A stretch of 50,854 nt of DNA. It comes from Candidatus Limnocylindrales bacterium. GTDB taxonomy: Bacteria; Chloroflexota; Limnocylindria; Limnocylindrales; CSP1-4. Shown piece after piece: positions 26,851 through 34,038 of this stretch. The DNA is taken from assembly GCA_031292335.1 (NCBI GenBank), contig JARLHH010000075.1, forward strand, positions 1 through 50,854, written 5' to 3'. The first letter of the stretch is position 1, and each line of letters begins with the position of its first letter. The notes beneath the pieces are model-generated. The model worked only from the letters and a program-made list of their open reading frames with translations, made no database searches and was not told the DNA's origin. The translations under genes and the position numbers were made by a program.

Positions 26851-27876
26851 ATGCCGCTCGACGACCGATTCGACGACCTGGTCGCCAGCCTCACCGGGTT
26901 CTACCGGGCTTGGGTCATCGAGCTCGGGATCGAGCTCGGGCTGTTCGCCCGCCTGCGCGAAGCCGGCGCGGACGGGCTGACGCGGGCGCAGCTGGCCACC
27001 GCGGCCGGGACGGCGGCCGAGCCCACCTCCGCCTGGTGTGACGCCGCGTACGCCGCCGACCTCGTGACCGACGACGGCAGCCGGGTCACCCTGGATCCGG
27101 ATGTCGCGACGATCCTGCTGGAGAAGGACCGGCCGGAGTACCTCGGCGGGCAGTTCGCCTACACGGTGACGGCAAGCCTCGACTACGACGCGATGGCGGG
27201 ATACGTTCGCACGGGCGTGCCCGTGGGCTCGCGTTCGGCTCGCTACTACCGGGCGATCGAGGAGCTGACCCGCCAGGACATCGCCGTCTTCTTCGAGGAG
27301 GCGCTCGCCGCCCTGCCCGAGCTGGTGGCAAGCCTCGTCCGGGGCATGGACGTCCTCGACCTCCACTGCGGCGGGGGCCGCTGGCTCGCGGCGATCGCCC
27401 GGCGATTCCCCGCAACGCGGCTCGTTGGCGTCGAGCCCGAGCCCAACTCGGTCGCCCGGGCAATCCAGCTCGTGCGGCGCCACGGGCTGGCGTCGCGAAT
27501 TCGCATCGAGGCCCGCGAGGTTGACGACGGGCTCGACGCCGCGCTCGGTGCCGGCTCCTTCGATCTGGCCTATTTCCAGCACGCCCTCCACGAGATGCCG
27601 GATCCGGGCGAAGCGCTCCGGGCCGCCTGGCGCGTGCTTCGACCGGGAGGCTGGCTCATCGTGCTGGGCTGGTGCCTGCCCGACCGGCTGGAGGGCTACG
27701 CGTCGCTGCACGGCCAGCTGATCGCCGGGGTCGCCCTCGACGAGCTCTTCCACGGGGCCCGCCTGCGGACGGTGGCCCAGCACGCGGAGCTGTTCCGAGC
27801 CGCCGGACTCCCGGAGCCCGCGGCGATCCCGCTCCAGTCGGACGCGACGCTCCTGGTGGTGCGCCGCGACGCGTGA
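26851..27876 (+). CDS. class I SAM-dependent methyltransferase with N-terminal winged-helix/dimerisation domain (O-methyltransferase-like)
   Basis: Motif I VLDLHCGGGRW. The N-terminal helical domain resembles small-molecule O-methyltransferases. Start at ATG 26851 within ORF 26764..27876. Confidence 0.8.
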   Translation: MPLDDRFDDLVASLTGFYRAWVIELGIELGLFARLREAGADGLTRAQLATAAGTAAEPTSAWCDAAYAADLVTDDGSRVTLDPDVATILLEKDRPEYLGGQFAYTVTASLDYDAMAGYVRTGVPVGSRSARYYRAIEELTRQDIAVFFEEALAALPELVASLVRGMDVLDLHCGGGRWLAAIARRFPATRLVGVEPEPNSVARAIQLVRRHGLASRIRIEAREVDDGLDAALGAGSFDLAYFQHALHEMPDPGEALRAAWRVLRPGGWLIVLGWCLPDRLEGYASLHGQLIAGVALDELFHGARLRTVAQHAELFRAAGLPEPAAIPLQSDATLLVVRRDA

Positions 27877-27946
27877 CGGACCCGCGCCTGCGGGCTCCTC
27901 CGGTCCGGGGGACGGGCCGTCAGGCCCGCCGGCGGCGACGCTGCTC

Positions 27947-28633
27947 GTGCGCTGGGTGACCGGTGACGTGACCCACGTGCGCGCCATCCTGGGCGCGGCG
28001 CTCGGGATCGCGAGCACTCCCGAAGCGTCCATCGCGATCCCCGGCCTGCGGCTGGAGGTGGCCGACTCCCGAACCAGGCCCGGGACCCGAGTCGCCGATC
28101 ACCTCGAAGTGGCCACCGCGGATCCGACCGGAGAGGGCGGCCCGGCGGACACGGCGACGGCAGGTGTTGCCCCTCTCTTCGCGCTGGGGTGGGCGACCGT
28201 CGACCTGGACCGGGCTTCCGCCGCGTGGCCGGGCCTCCGCTGGGGCCAGGTGCCCCGGGATGCGCTCGTCGGTGCGCACGGGCTGCTGGGCGAGCCCGCT
28301 CCGGTCGGCGAGGTCGTCCCGGCGTGGCGGCCCGGGTCCCGGCTGCTGCTCCTGGAGCCCGACACGGAGGGACGGATCGCGGCGGCACTGGCGCGCCACG
28401 GCGAGGGCCCGGCGGCCCTCTACGTCGCCCTGCCGGCCGCCGCCATTGCCGGTGCGCGTCGCCGCCTCGCGGCGCTCGGTGTTCGCCCCGTTCGCGGGGC
28501 CGGTCCGTTCGGACCGGAGATGGCGCCGGCGGGCCCGCCGGCGTCCGGCCCGACCCTGATCCTGCTCAGGCTCCCCAGGCCGGTCACGGCCGGCGGCCCG
28601 GCGGAGGGTGGACGCGGTACCATCCCGCCATGA
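27947..28633 (+). CDS. hypothetical protein, possibly glyoxalase/VOC-like
   Basis: High third-position GC. The segments LGWATVDLDRA and LLLLEPDTEGRIAAALARHGEGPAALYV resemble glyoxalase-like domains as I recall them. Start uncertain. Confidence 0.45.
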   Translation: MRWVTGDVTHVRAILGAALGIASTPEASIAIPGLRLEVADSRTRPGTRVADHLEVATADPTGEGGPADTATAGVAPLFALGWATVDLDRASAAWPGLRWGQVPRDALVGAHGLLGEPAPVGEVVPAWRPGSRLLLLEPDTEGRIAAALARHGEGPAALYVALPAAAIAGARRRLAALGVRPVRGAGPFGPEMAPAGPPASGPTLILLRLPRPVTAGGPAEGGRGTIPP

Positions 28634-29070
28634 TCGAAGGAGCCACGCTCACGTTCCGGGACGCCGGCCCGGACGACGCCGCCTGGATCGCCGGCCTCCT
28701 TTCCGACGAGGGATATCCGGCCGGGGCGACCGACATCGTGCGGCGCCTGGAGCGGTACGTCGAACGGGAGTGCCCGGTGCGCGTGGCGGAGGCGGCCGGC
28801 GAACGCGCGGGCTTCGTGGCCTGCCAGGTGATCCCGCGCTTCGAGCATGACGACCACGTCGTCCGCGTGATGGCGCTGGTGGTGGACCCCGGGATGCGGG
28901 GGCGAGGCGTCGGACGTGCGCTGATGGCCGAGGCCGAGACGATCGCGGACGGAATCGACGCGGCCTTCCTGGAGGTGACCGCCGGTCATCATCGGCCCGG
29001 CGCCCTGCGTCTCTTCGAGGTCGCCGGGTACGACGCCACGCTGACGACGTACCTGCGGAAGCGCCGCTGA
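28630..29070 (+). CDS. GNAT family N-acetyltransferase
   Basis: 146 aa. Acetyl-CoA motif A VVDPGMRGRGVGRALM. ATG overlaps the stop of the upstream gene (ATGA). Confidence 0.88.
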   Translation: MIEGATLTFRDAGPDDAAWIAGLLSDEGYPAGATDIVRRLERYVERECPVRVAEAAGERAGFVACQVIPRFEHDDHVVRVMALVVDPGMRGRGVGRALMAEAETIADGIDAAFLEVTAGHHRPGALRLFEVAGYDATLTTYLRKRR

Positions 29071-30359
29071 GCACGCAGCACACGGAGGCCTTTCCCCACC
29101 TCCGGCTTCGCGTCGCCTCGGATCCGCTCCTCGCCCTGCCCTGGGAGCTGCCGCTCCACCACTGGACGGCCGACCGGGCGGCGCTGCGCGACCTGCCCGT
29201 CGGCCCGTCGCGCCACCTGGTCCGCTTCGTCATCCTGGACGGCACCACGTACGCGCTCAAGGAGCAGGCCATCGAGAGCGCGCGCCACGAGTACGACGTG
29301 CTGCTCCGCCTCGAGCAGCTGGCGCTGCCCTCCGTTCGTGCGATCGGGATCGCGGTCCGACCGCTCGAGGACACGGCGATCCTGGTCACCGAGTACCTCC
29401 GCCACTCGCTCCAGTACCGGCGGCTCCTCATGCGGGTCCCGCTGACGGCGGGCGGCTACCGCGAGCGGCTGCTCGACGCGATGGCCTCGCTCCTGGTGGA
29501 CCTCCACCGGGCGGGCGTGTACTGGGGCGACTGCTCGCTCTCGAACACCCTGTTCCGGCGCGACGGCGGCACGATCCAGGCCTACCTGGTGGACGCCGAG
29601 ACGAGCGAGACGTACGCGGCGCTCTCCGACGGCCAGCGCGCCTACGACCTCGACGTCCTCGTCGAGAACGTGGCGTTCGGCCTGGCCGACCTGGCGGCCT
29701 ACCAGGGCCACCCGGAAGCGATGGACGAGCAGATCGCGGCGGCCGAATCCGTGCGCCACCGCTACACGGCGCTCTGGCGGGAGCTGCACGACCAGATCGA
29801 CATCCAGGCCGGCGACCGCTTCGCCATCCAGGCCCACATCCGGCGGCTCAACGAGCTCGGCTTCGCGATCGGCGAGATCGAGCTGCTGCCCGGCGAGGCG
29901 GGAACGGTCCGCCTGCGGACCGCCGTGGCCCAGCGCGACTTCCACGCCCGCGAGCTGGCCCGTCGCACCGGGCTCGTCGCGCTCGAGGGCCAGGCGCGCC
30001 TGCTCCTCAACGACCTTCGCGAGTACCGGGCCTGGCTGACCTACTTCGAACGCCGGCCGGTCTCGTCGGTGGAGGGCGCCTCGCGGTGGCAGGCGGAGGT
30101 CCTGGAGCCGTACCTTGACCGCCTCCAGGCGGTGATCGGCCCGGGCCGGGATCCGCTGCAGGCGTACTGCGACCTGCTGGAGCACAAGTGGCTGCGCTCC
30201 GAGCGGGCGCGGCAGGACCTGGGGCTGGAGGCCGCCTTCGCCTCCTACGTGGCGGCCGGTGCGCCCGCGCCGGAGGGTTCGGACAGCGCTCCGGCGCTCG
30301 ACGTCGAGCCCCTGGAGGCGCTCGCGATGTCCGAGGACGACCTCGCGCCGGATGTCTGA
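29067..30359 (+). CDS. DUF4032 (kinase-fold-like) domain protein; start codon unresolved
   Basis: Core GVYWGDCSLSNTLFRRDGGTIQAYLVDAETSE is typical of DUF4032. Protein-like in-frame sequence (DPLLALPWELPL...SRHLVRFV...YALKE) runs from about 29070, but the first ATG/GTG/TTG in frame is GTG 29298. CTG 29067 overlaps the GNAT stop (CTGA). Confidence 0.72.
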   Translation: MSTQHTEAFPHLRLRVASDPLLALPWELPLHHWTADRAALRDLPVGPSRHLVRFVILDGTTYALKEQAIESARHEYDVLLRLEQLALPSVRAIGIAVRPLEDTAILVTEYLRHSLQYRRLLMRVPLTAGGYRERLLDAMASLLVDLHRAGVYWGDCSLSNTLFRRDGGTIQAYLVDAETSETYAALSDGQRAYDLDVLVENVAFGLADLAAYQGHPEAMDEQIAAAESVRHRYTALWRELHDQIDIQAGDRFAIQAHIRRLNELGFAIGEIELLPGEAGTVRLRTAVAQRDFHARELARRTGLVALEGQARLLLNDLREYRAWLTYFERRPVSSVEGASRWQAEVLEPYLDRLQAVIGPGRDPLQAYCDLLEHKWLRSERARQDLGLEAAFASYVAAGAPAPEGSDSAPALDVEPLEALAMSEDDLAPDV

Positions 30360-30368
30360 GCGGGCAGC

Positions 30369-30902
30369 CTACCAGCGCTCCTCGTGGACCAGCTCCGCGA
30401 GGGGCCGCCGCCCACCGGCCCGATTCGGAGCGCTGAGCACCGCTGGCTCGGCCGGGTAGCCGAACGACAGCAGGTACTCGAAGTGCATCTCGGGCGGGAT
30501 GCCCAGCAGGTCGCCGGCGCGCTGGTGCTCGTAGATGGTGGCGGGGGCGCTGCCGATTCCGAGCTCCCACGCCGCGAGCACCATGTTCTGGGCCGCCCGG
30601 CCGAGGTCGAACGCGATCGACAGCGGTGCGCCTTCCGCGCGCGGATCCGGGCTCACCAGCGCCACCGCGACGGCCGCCCCGGCCAGGTGACCCGCCCATG
30701 GCCCGGTCGTCGACAGCTCCCGCAGGTGGTCGCGATCGCGGCAGACGATGAACGCCCAGCGCTGCAGGTTCTTGGAGCTGCCCGCGCGCCGCCCGGCGTT
30801 GAGGATCCGCTCCAGCGCCCAACCTTCGAGGGGCCGGTCCGCGAACGCCCGGACTGTCCGCAGCGTGTCGATCGCCTCCCAGGTGCCGAGTGCCGGTTCC
30901 AT
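30369..30902 (-). CDS. nitroreductase family protein
   Basis: 177 aa. N-terminal IDTLRTVRAFADRPL and GSSKNLQRW motifs are typical of the nitroreductase fold. GGGAGG precedes the ATG. Confidence 0.85.
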   Translation of the reverse strand: MEPALGTWEAIDTLRTVRAFADRPLEGWALERILNAGRRAGSSKNLQRWAFIVCRDRDHLRELSTTGPWAGHLAGAAVAVALVSPDPRAEGAPLSIAFDLGRAAQNMVLAAWELGIGSAPATIYEHQRAGDLLGIPPEMHFEYLLSFGYPAEPAVLSAPNRAGGRRPLAELVHEERW

Positions 30903-30923
30903 GGGTTACCTCCCGTGCGTGCT

Positions 30924-32009
30924 TCAGGCCGGACCGGCGCCGGCCGCGGCCGCTGCGGTCGGTCTGGCTGGCCGCTCTGCTTCGTCCACCGCGGGCCCGG
31001 CGGTGGGCCTCTCGAGGGCGCTGAACTCCCCGTTCGTGTCCGGCTGGCGGAGGACGGGCAGTGCCATCGCGCGGGCGGCCGCTTCGTCGGGTCCGGGTCC
31101 TCCCTCCAGGTGGCGGGCCAGGAACGCCGCGACCCGCCCCCGGTAGGCGGGATCCTCGAAAAGCCACCGGTGGCGTGCCTCGGGCATGATCATGAGCTCG
31201 ACGTGGCGCCCGGCGACCCGGCGCGCCGCCCGTTCCAGGCGGCGGGCATCACCGGCGCCGACGATCTCGTCCAGCGCGCCGTGGATGATCAGGACCGGGC
31301 CCGGGTACCGGCCAACCGCCGCCGACGCGCTGGCGGCCGACGGCGCGTGACCGCGCGGCCGCAGCAGGACCCGCATGCTGAGCGCCGCCAGCGGGTGCGC
31401 GACCACGCCCGGCAGGCGCAGTCCCGCCAGCTGGAACGTCCTGCGGACAAGGCGCCGGGGATCGGCCGGCGTGGACGTCAGGACGAGCGCAGCCGTCCGC
31501 GGGTCGTCCGCGGCGGCGATCGCGGGCCCGATCGCCCCCATCGAGTGCCCCAGGATCGCGACCGCGGTGACGTCCGGCCGCGCCGCCGCCAGTCCGACGG
31601 CAGCCAGCGCATCCGCGCCGAACTCCGCCGCGCTGATCGGGAGTGCCTCCGGCGGGTTCTCGCCGTGGCCGCGCACGTCGAACATGAGGGTCGCAAACCC
31701 CGCCGCGTGCAGGAACGCGGCGTTCGGCAGCATCCGGGCGCGGTTCGACTCCCAGCCGTGGACCAGGACCACCGCCGGCGCGGGGCGGCCGCCGGGAGCC
31801 GGGACGAACCAGCCTGGCAACGGCCCGGCGCCCGACGGGACGCGCACGACCTCGAACCTGAGGCCGTAGGCGGCGGGCGTCTCGAGCAACGGTCGGCGCG
31901 CGGGGAACCCGGCTCGGCGCCGGTACTCGAGGGCGAACCGATAGGCCGCGACGGAGGGCGCGGCGGCCGCCAGGCTCAGCGTGACGAGGATGGCCCGGGA
32001 TCGGCGCAT
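30924..32009 (-). CDS. alpha/beta hydrolase with N-terminal membrane anchor
   Basis: 361 aa. VVLVHGWESN oxyanion region, GHSMGA nucleophile elbow and an N-terminal hydrophobic helix. Confidence 0.85.
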   Translation of the reverse strand: MRRSRAILVTLSLAAAAPSVAAYRFALEYRRRAGFPARRPLLETPAAYGLRFEVVRVPSGAGPLPGWFVPAPGGRPAPAVVLVHGWESNRARMLPNAAFLHAAGFATLMFDVRGHGENPPEALPISAAEFGADALAAVGLAAARPDVTAVAILGHSMGAIGPAIAAADDPRTAALVLTSTPADPRRLVRRTFQLAGLRLPGVVAHPLAALSMRVLLRPRGHAPSAASASAAVGRYPGPVLIIHGALDEIVGAGDARRLERAARRVAGRHVELMIMPEARHRWLFEDPAYRGRVAAFLARHLEGGPGPDEAAARAMALPVLRQPDTNGEFSALERPTAGPAVDEAERPARPTAAAAAGAGPA

Positions 32010-32015
32010 GGGCGA

Positions 32016-32021
32016 AGCGTA
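32016..32021 (-). promoter_or_regulatory. putative -10 box TACGCT, 6 nt before hydrolase ATG 32009
   Basis: Read on the minus strand. Half of a divergent leaderless pair in a 38-bp intergenic region. Confidence 0.45.
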
Positions 32022-32035
32022 CCGCCCCGCTCGGC

Positions 32036-32041
32036 TAGGAT
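32036..32041 (+). promoter_or_regulatory. putative -10 box TAGGAT (GGCTAGGAT), 6 nt before J-protein ATG 32048
   Basis: TANNNT hexamer with no Shine-Dalgarno. Confidence 0.45.
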
Positions 32042-32047
32042 GGTGCG

Positions 32048-32902
32048 ATGGGCCAACGTGATCCTCACGACGTGCTGGGCGTTCCCAGGAACGCCAGCCA
32101 GGTCATGGTCAAGGCGGCGTGGAGACGTCTGGCCCGCGAGCACCACCCAGACCTGGCCGGGGATTCCGCGGCTCGCCGGGACGCCACTCGCCGGATGGCA
32201 GAGATCAACGCGGCCTACCAGGCCCTTCGGTCGGCACCCGGCGGGCGCGCGGGCACAGCCGGACATGACGGAGCGGGGGGCGGCGCGTCAGGAGCGGGGG
32301 CGTCCGGGTCGGGAGCGTCCGGCACCGCCGGCCCGGGGGCCGCGCACCCGGCTGGTCCGCCGCCCCCGCCGCCGACGCGCCCGGTCACGGCACGGCTCGA
32401 CACGACCGATCTCTTCCGGCAGCGCAACGCCACGACCACCCCGGCCGGAGGCGGCTACCGACATCGGCCGCGTGTCGCCGGCGGGCTCAAGCGGGCGACC
32501 TGGGGTCAACCGGAGCAACCGCGCGCCTCCGACCCGACCGGTCCGCTCCAGCGCGTGCGGTCCCGGCGCGCGGTGCGCCGGCCCCTGCCCGACCTCGACG
32601 CGGCGCTGGCGACGCAGATCTCGTTCGGCAAGTTCCACGGGCGCACGCTCGCCGAGATCGCCAGGCTGGAGCCGAGCTACCTGGTCTGGGTGGAGCGGAC
32701 GATCACCCGCGACCCGGACCTCGTCGCGGCGGCCCGGGTCGTGCTGGACGAGGGGGAGCGCCGTGCGGCGGGCGGCGGTGCGAGCGAATCCGGGTCGGCG
32801 GTCGACGGCACAGCCGGCTCCGGGGAGGGGTCGCGACCGGACGGGTCCGGGGACGCCGCGGCGCGTCCCCGTGAAGGCGTGGCCCGAGGGTCCGCGGGAT
32901 AG
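32048..32902 (+). CDS. J-domain protein with Pro/Gly-rich linker and C-terminal DUF3820-like domain
   Basis: J domain DPHDVLGVPRNAS...REHHPDLAGD...INAAYQAL with the HPD motif. The C-terminal ISFGKFHGRTLAEIARLEPSYLVWV resembles DUF3820 / exonuclease-X C-terminal domains. Confidence 0.82.
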   Translation: MGQRDPHDVLGVPRNASQVMVKAAWRRLAREHHPDLAGDSAARRDATRRMAEINAAYQALRSAPGGRAGTAGHDGAGGGASGAGASGSGASGTAGPGAAHPAGPPPPPPTRPVTARLDTTDLFRQRNATTTPAGGGYRHRPRVAGGLKRATWGQPEQPRASDPTGPLQRVRSRRAVRRPLPDLDAALATQISFGKFHGRTLAEIARLEPSYLVWVERTITRDPDLVAAARVVLDEGERRAAGGGASESGSAVDGTAGSGEGSRPDGSGDAAARPREGVARGSAG

Positions 32903-32913
32903 TCCGCGGACCC
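32888..32913 (+). terminator. perfect 10-bp hairpin GGGTCCGCGG-gatagt-CCGCGGACCC enclosing the J-protein stop codon
   Basis: Seen directly. The TAG stop (32900-32902) lies in the loop. No U-tract. Confidence 0.35.
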
Positions 32914-33298
32914 GATGAGTCCGCAGCCACCGACACGGGCTCGGGCCTGCGGGCCGGAGATCCATGGTTACTCGACTCGTGCCCGAAGCACCAGGGGCCA
33001 CCCATTGACGCTCCCCGCGGCGTCCTGCACGTTCGGTATGTCCCGGCGTTCCGAGCCGTGGTCGACGCCCCAGGGTTGTCCCGGTGGCTCGCGCCGACGG
33101 CTGCAGGAAGGAACGTATCCCGGCCGCGCGCGTGCGACAACATGACCTCCGTCCGGTGCGCGCTCGCGAAAGGGTGGTGGCGTTCGAGCACCGGCCCCAG
33201 GATCGCCGCAACGCCCCGCCGGGACGCGCCGCGCGCGGAGCCGTCAACCCGTGCGCCGGGCCCGGTAGCCCGCGGCCGCACGCTCTCGCCGGGTCGCG

Positions 33299-33304
33299 TA
33301 GGCT
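33299..33304 (+). promoter_or_regulatory. putative -10 box TAGGCT, 6 nt before lipoprotein ATG 33311
   Basis: TANNNT hexamer with no Shine-Dalgarno. Confidence 0.45.
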
Positions 33305-33310
33305 GACCCC

Positions 33311-33913
33311 ATGCTCCGTGTCATCGGCCGGCGTGGCCTGTCCATCGCGGTGGCCGCTCTGATCGTGGCCGGGTGCGCCGGCCCGGCGGCGCCACCTTCC
33401 TTCGACCCGTCGACTCCCTGTGGGGGAGTCGATCGCCAGGAGATGGCGGGCGCCTACCCGGATCTCGAGGCGCGGATCCCCGTTCGCATCGACGGGCAGG
33501 CAGCGGACAGCCGCGAGTCCGGGCGCTTCTGCGCCAAGTCGACGCTCGGGACGCTGTGGGACGCGGGGATCCACGAGACCGAGTTCGGGGGCGGCATCTG
33601 GGCCTTCGATCCAGGAGGCGGCACCTCGCTGCCGGGGATGCAGCTGTCCGTCTTCCGCGCTCCGGGGCTGACCGCCCAGCTGATGGCGGACGAGTACCGG
33701 GCGGGCGCGGCCGCCACGAGCCAGGTGACGATCGTCTCCGCGACGAACCTGCAGATCAACGGGCGCCCCGGCTTCCGGATCAACTTCCTGAACGGGGATT
33801 CGCACCAGGCGATCCTCGTCTGGCCGTCGGCCGACGCCGCGGTGATCCAGGTGGTCATCGCCGCGGACGTGGCCGAATCTCGCGTGCAGGCAGCCGTCGC
33901 CGCGTTCGGCTAG
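33311..33913 (+). CDS. hypothetical lipoprotein
   Basis: 200 aa. Signal peptide with lipobox IVAGCAG. High third-position GC. No family recognised. Confidence 0.6.
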   Translation: MLRVIGRRGLSIAVAALIVAGCAGPAAPPSFDPSTPCGGVDRQEMAGAYPDLEARIPVRIDGQAADSRESGRFCAKSTLGTLWDAGIHETEFGGGIWAFDPGGGTSLPGMQLSVFRAPGLTAQLMADEYRAGAAATSQVTIVSATNLQINGRPGFRINFLNGDSHQAILVWPSADAAVIQVVIAADVAESRVQAAVAAFG

Positions 33914-34025
33914 CGCGAGATCCGTCGGCTGCCGTGCCCCGAATGGGTGCAGCGTTGTCGCGTCCCGCTTTCGGGCGGGTCCGGCCTTCCCGATGCCGGG
34001 CGTGGACGCCGGGGGGCAGCCCGGC

Positions 34026-34031
34026 TAGCAT
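34026..34031 (+). promoter_or_regulatory. putative -10 box TAGCAT (GGCTAGCAT), 7 nt before mutase ATG 34039
   Basis: TANNNT hexamer with no Shine-Dalgarno. Confidence 0.45.
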
Positions 34032-34038
34032 CCCGGCC

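Noticed and set aside
25852-28032. 726-aa minus-strand ORF, and similar giants at 30384..32918 (+, 844 aa), 14795..16024 (-), 15874..17562 (-), 23474..25345 (-) and 48959..50641 (-)
   Set aside because: All overlap well-supported genes on the opposite strand or in another frame. All translate to Arg/Pro/Gly-dominated sequence without motifs, so I treat them as GC-driven artefacts.
27947-29070. VOC-like/GNAT pair as a GNAT-type toxin-antitoxin module
   Set aside because: GNAT toxins pair with small RHH/DUF1778 antitoxins. The upstream protein here is 228 aa with no DNA-binding motif, and the GNAT gene is followed by a coupled DUF4032 gene.
32914-33298. RNase P RNA, tmRNA or SRP RNA in the 400-nt gap
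   Set aside because: The hallmark sequences I know were not found: the GGAAAGTCCGG-type RNase P core, the tmRNA tRNA-like ends and tag frame, and the SRP GGAA tetraloop helix context. The gap is kept only as an unexplained region.
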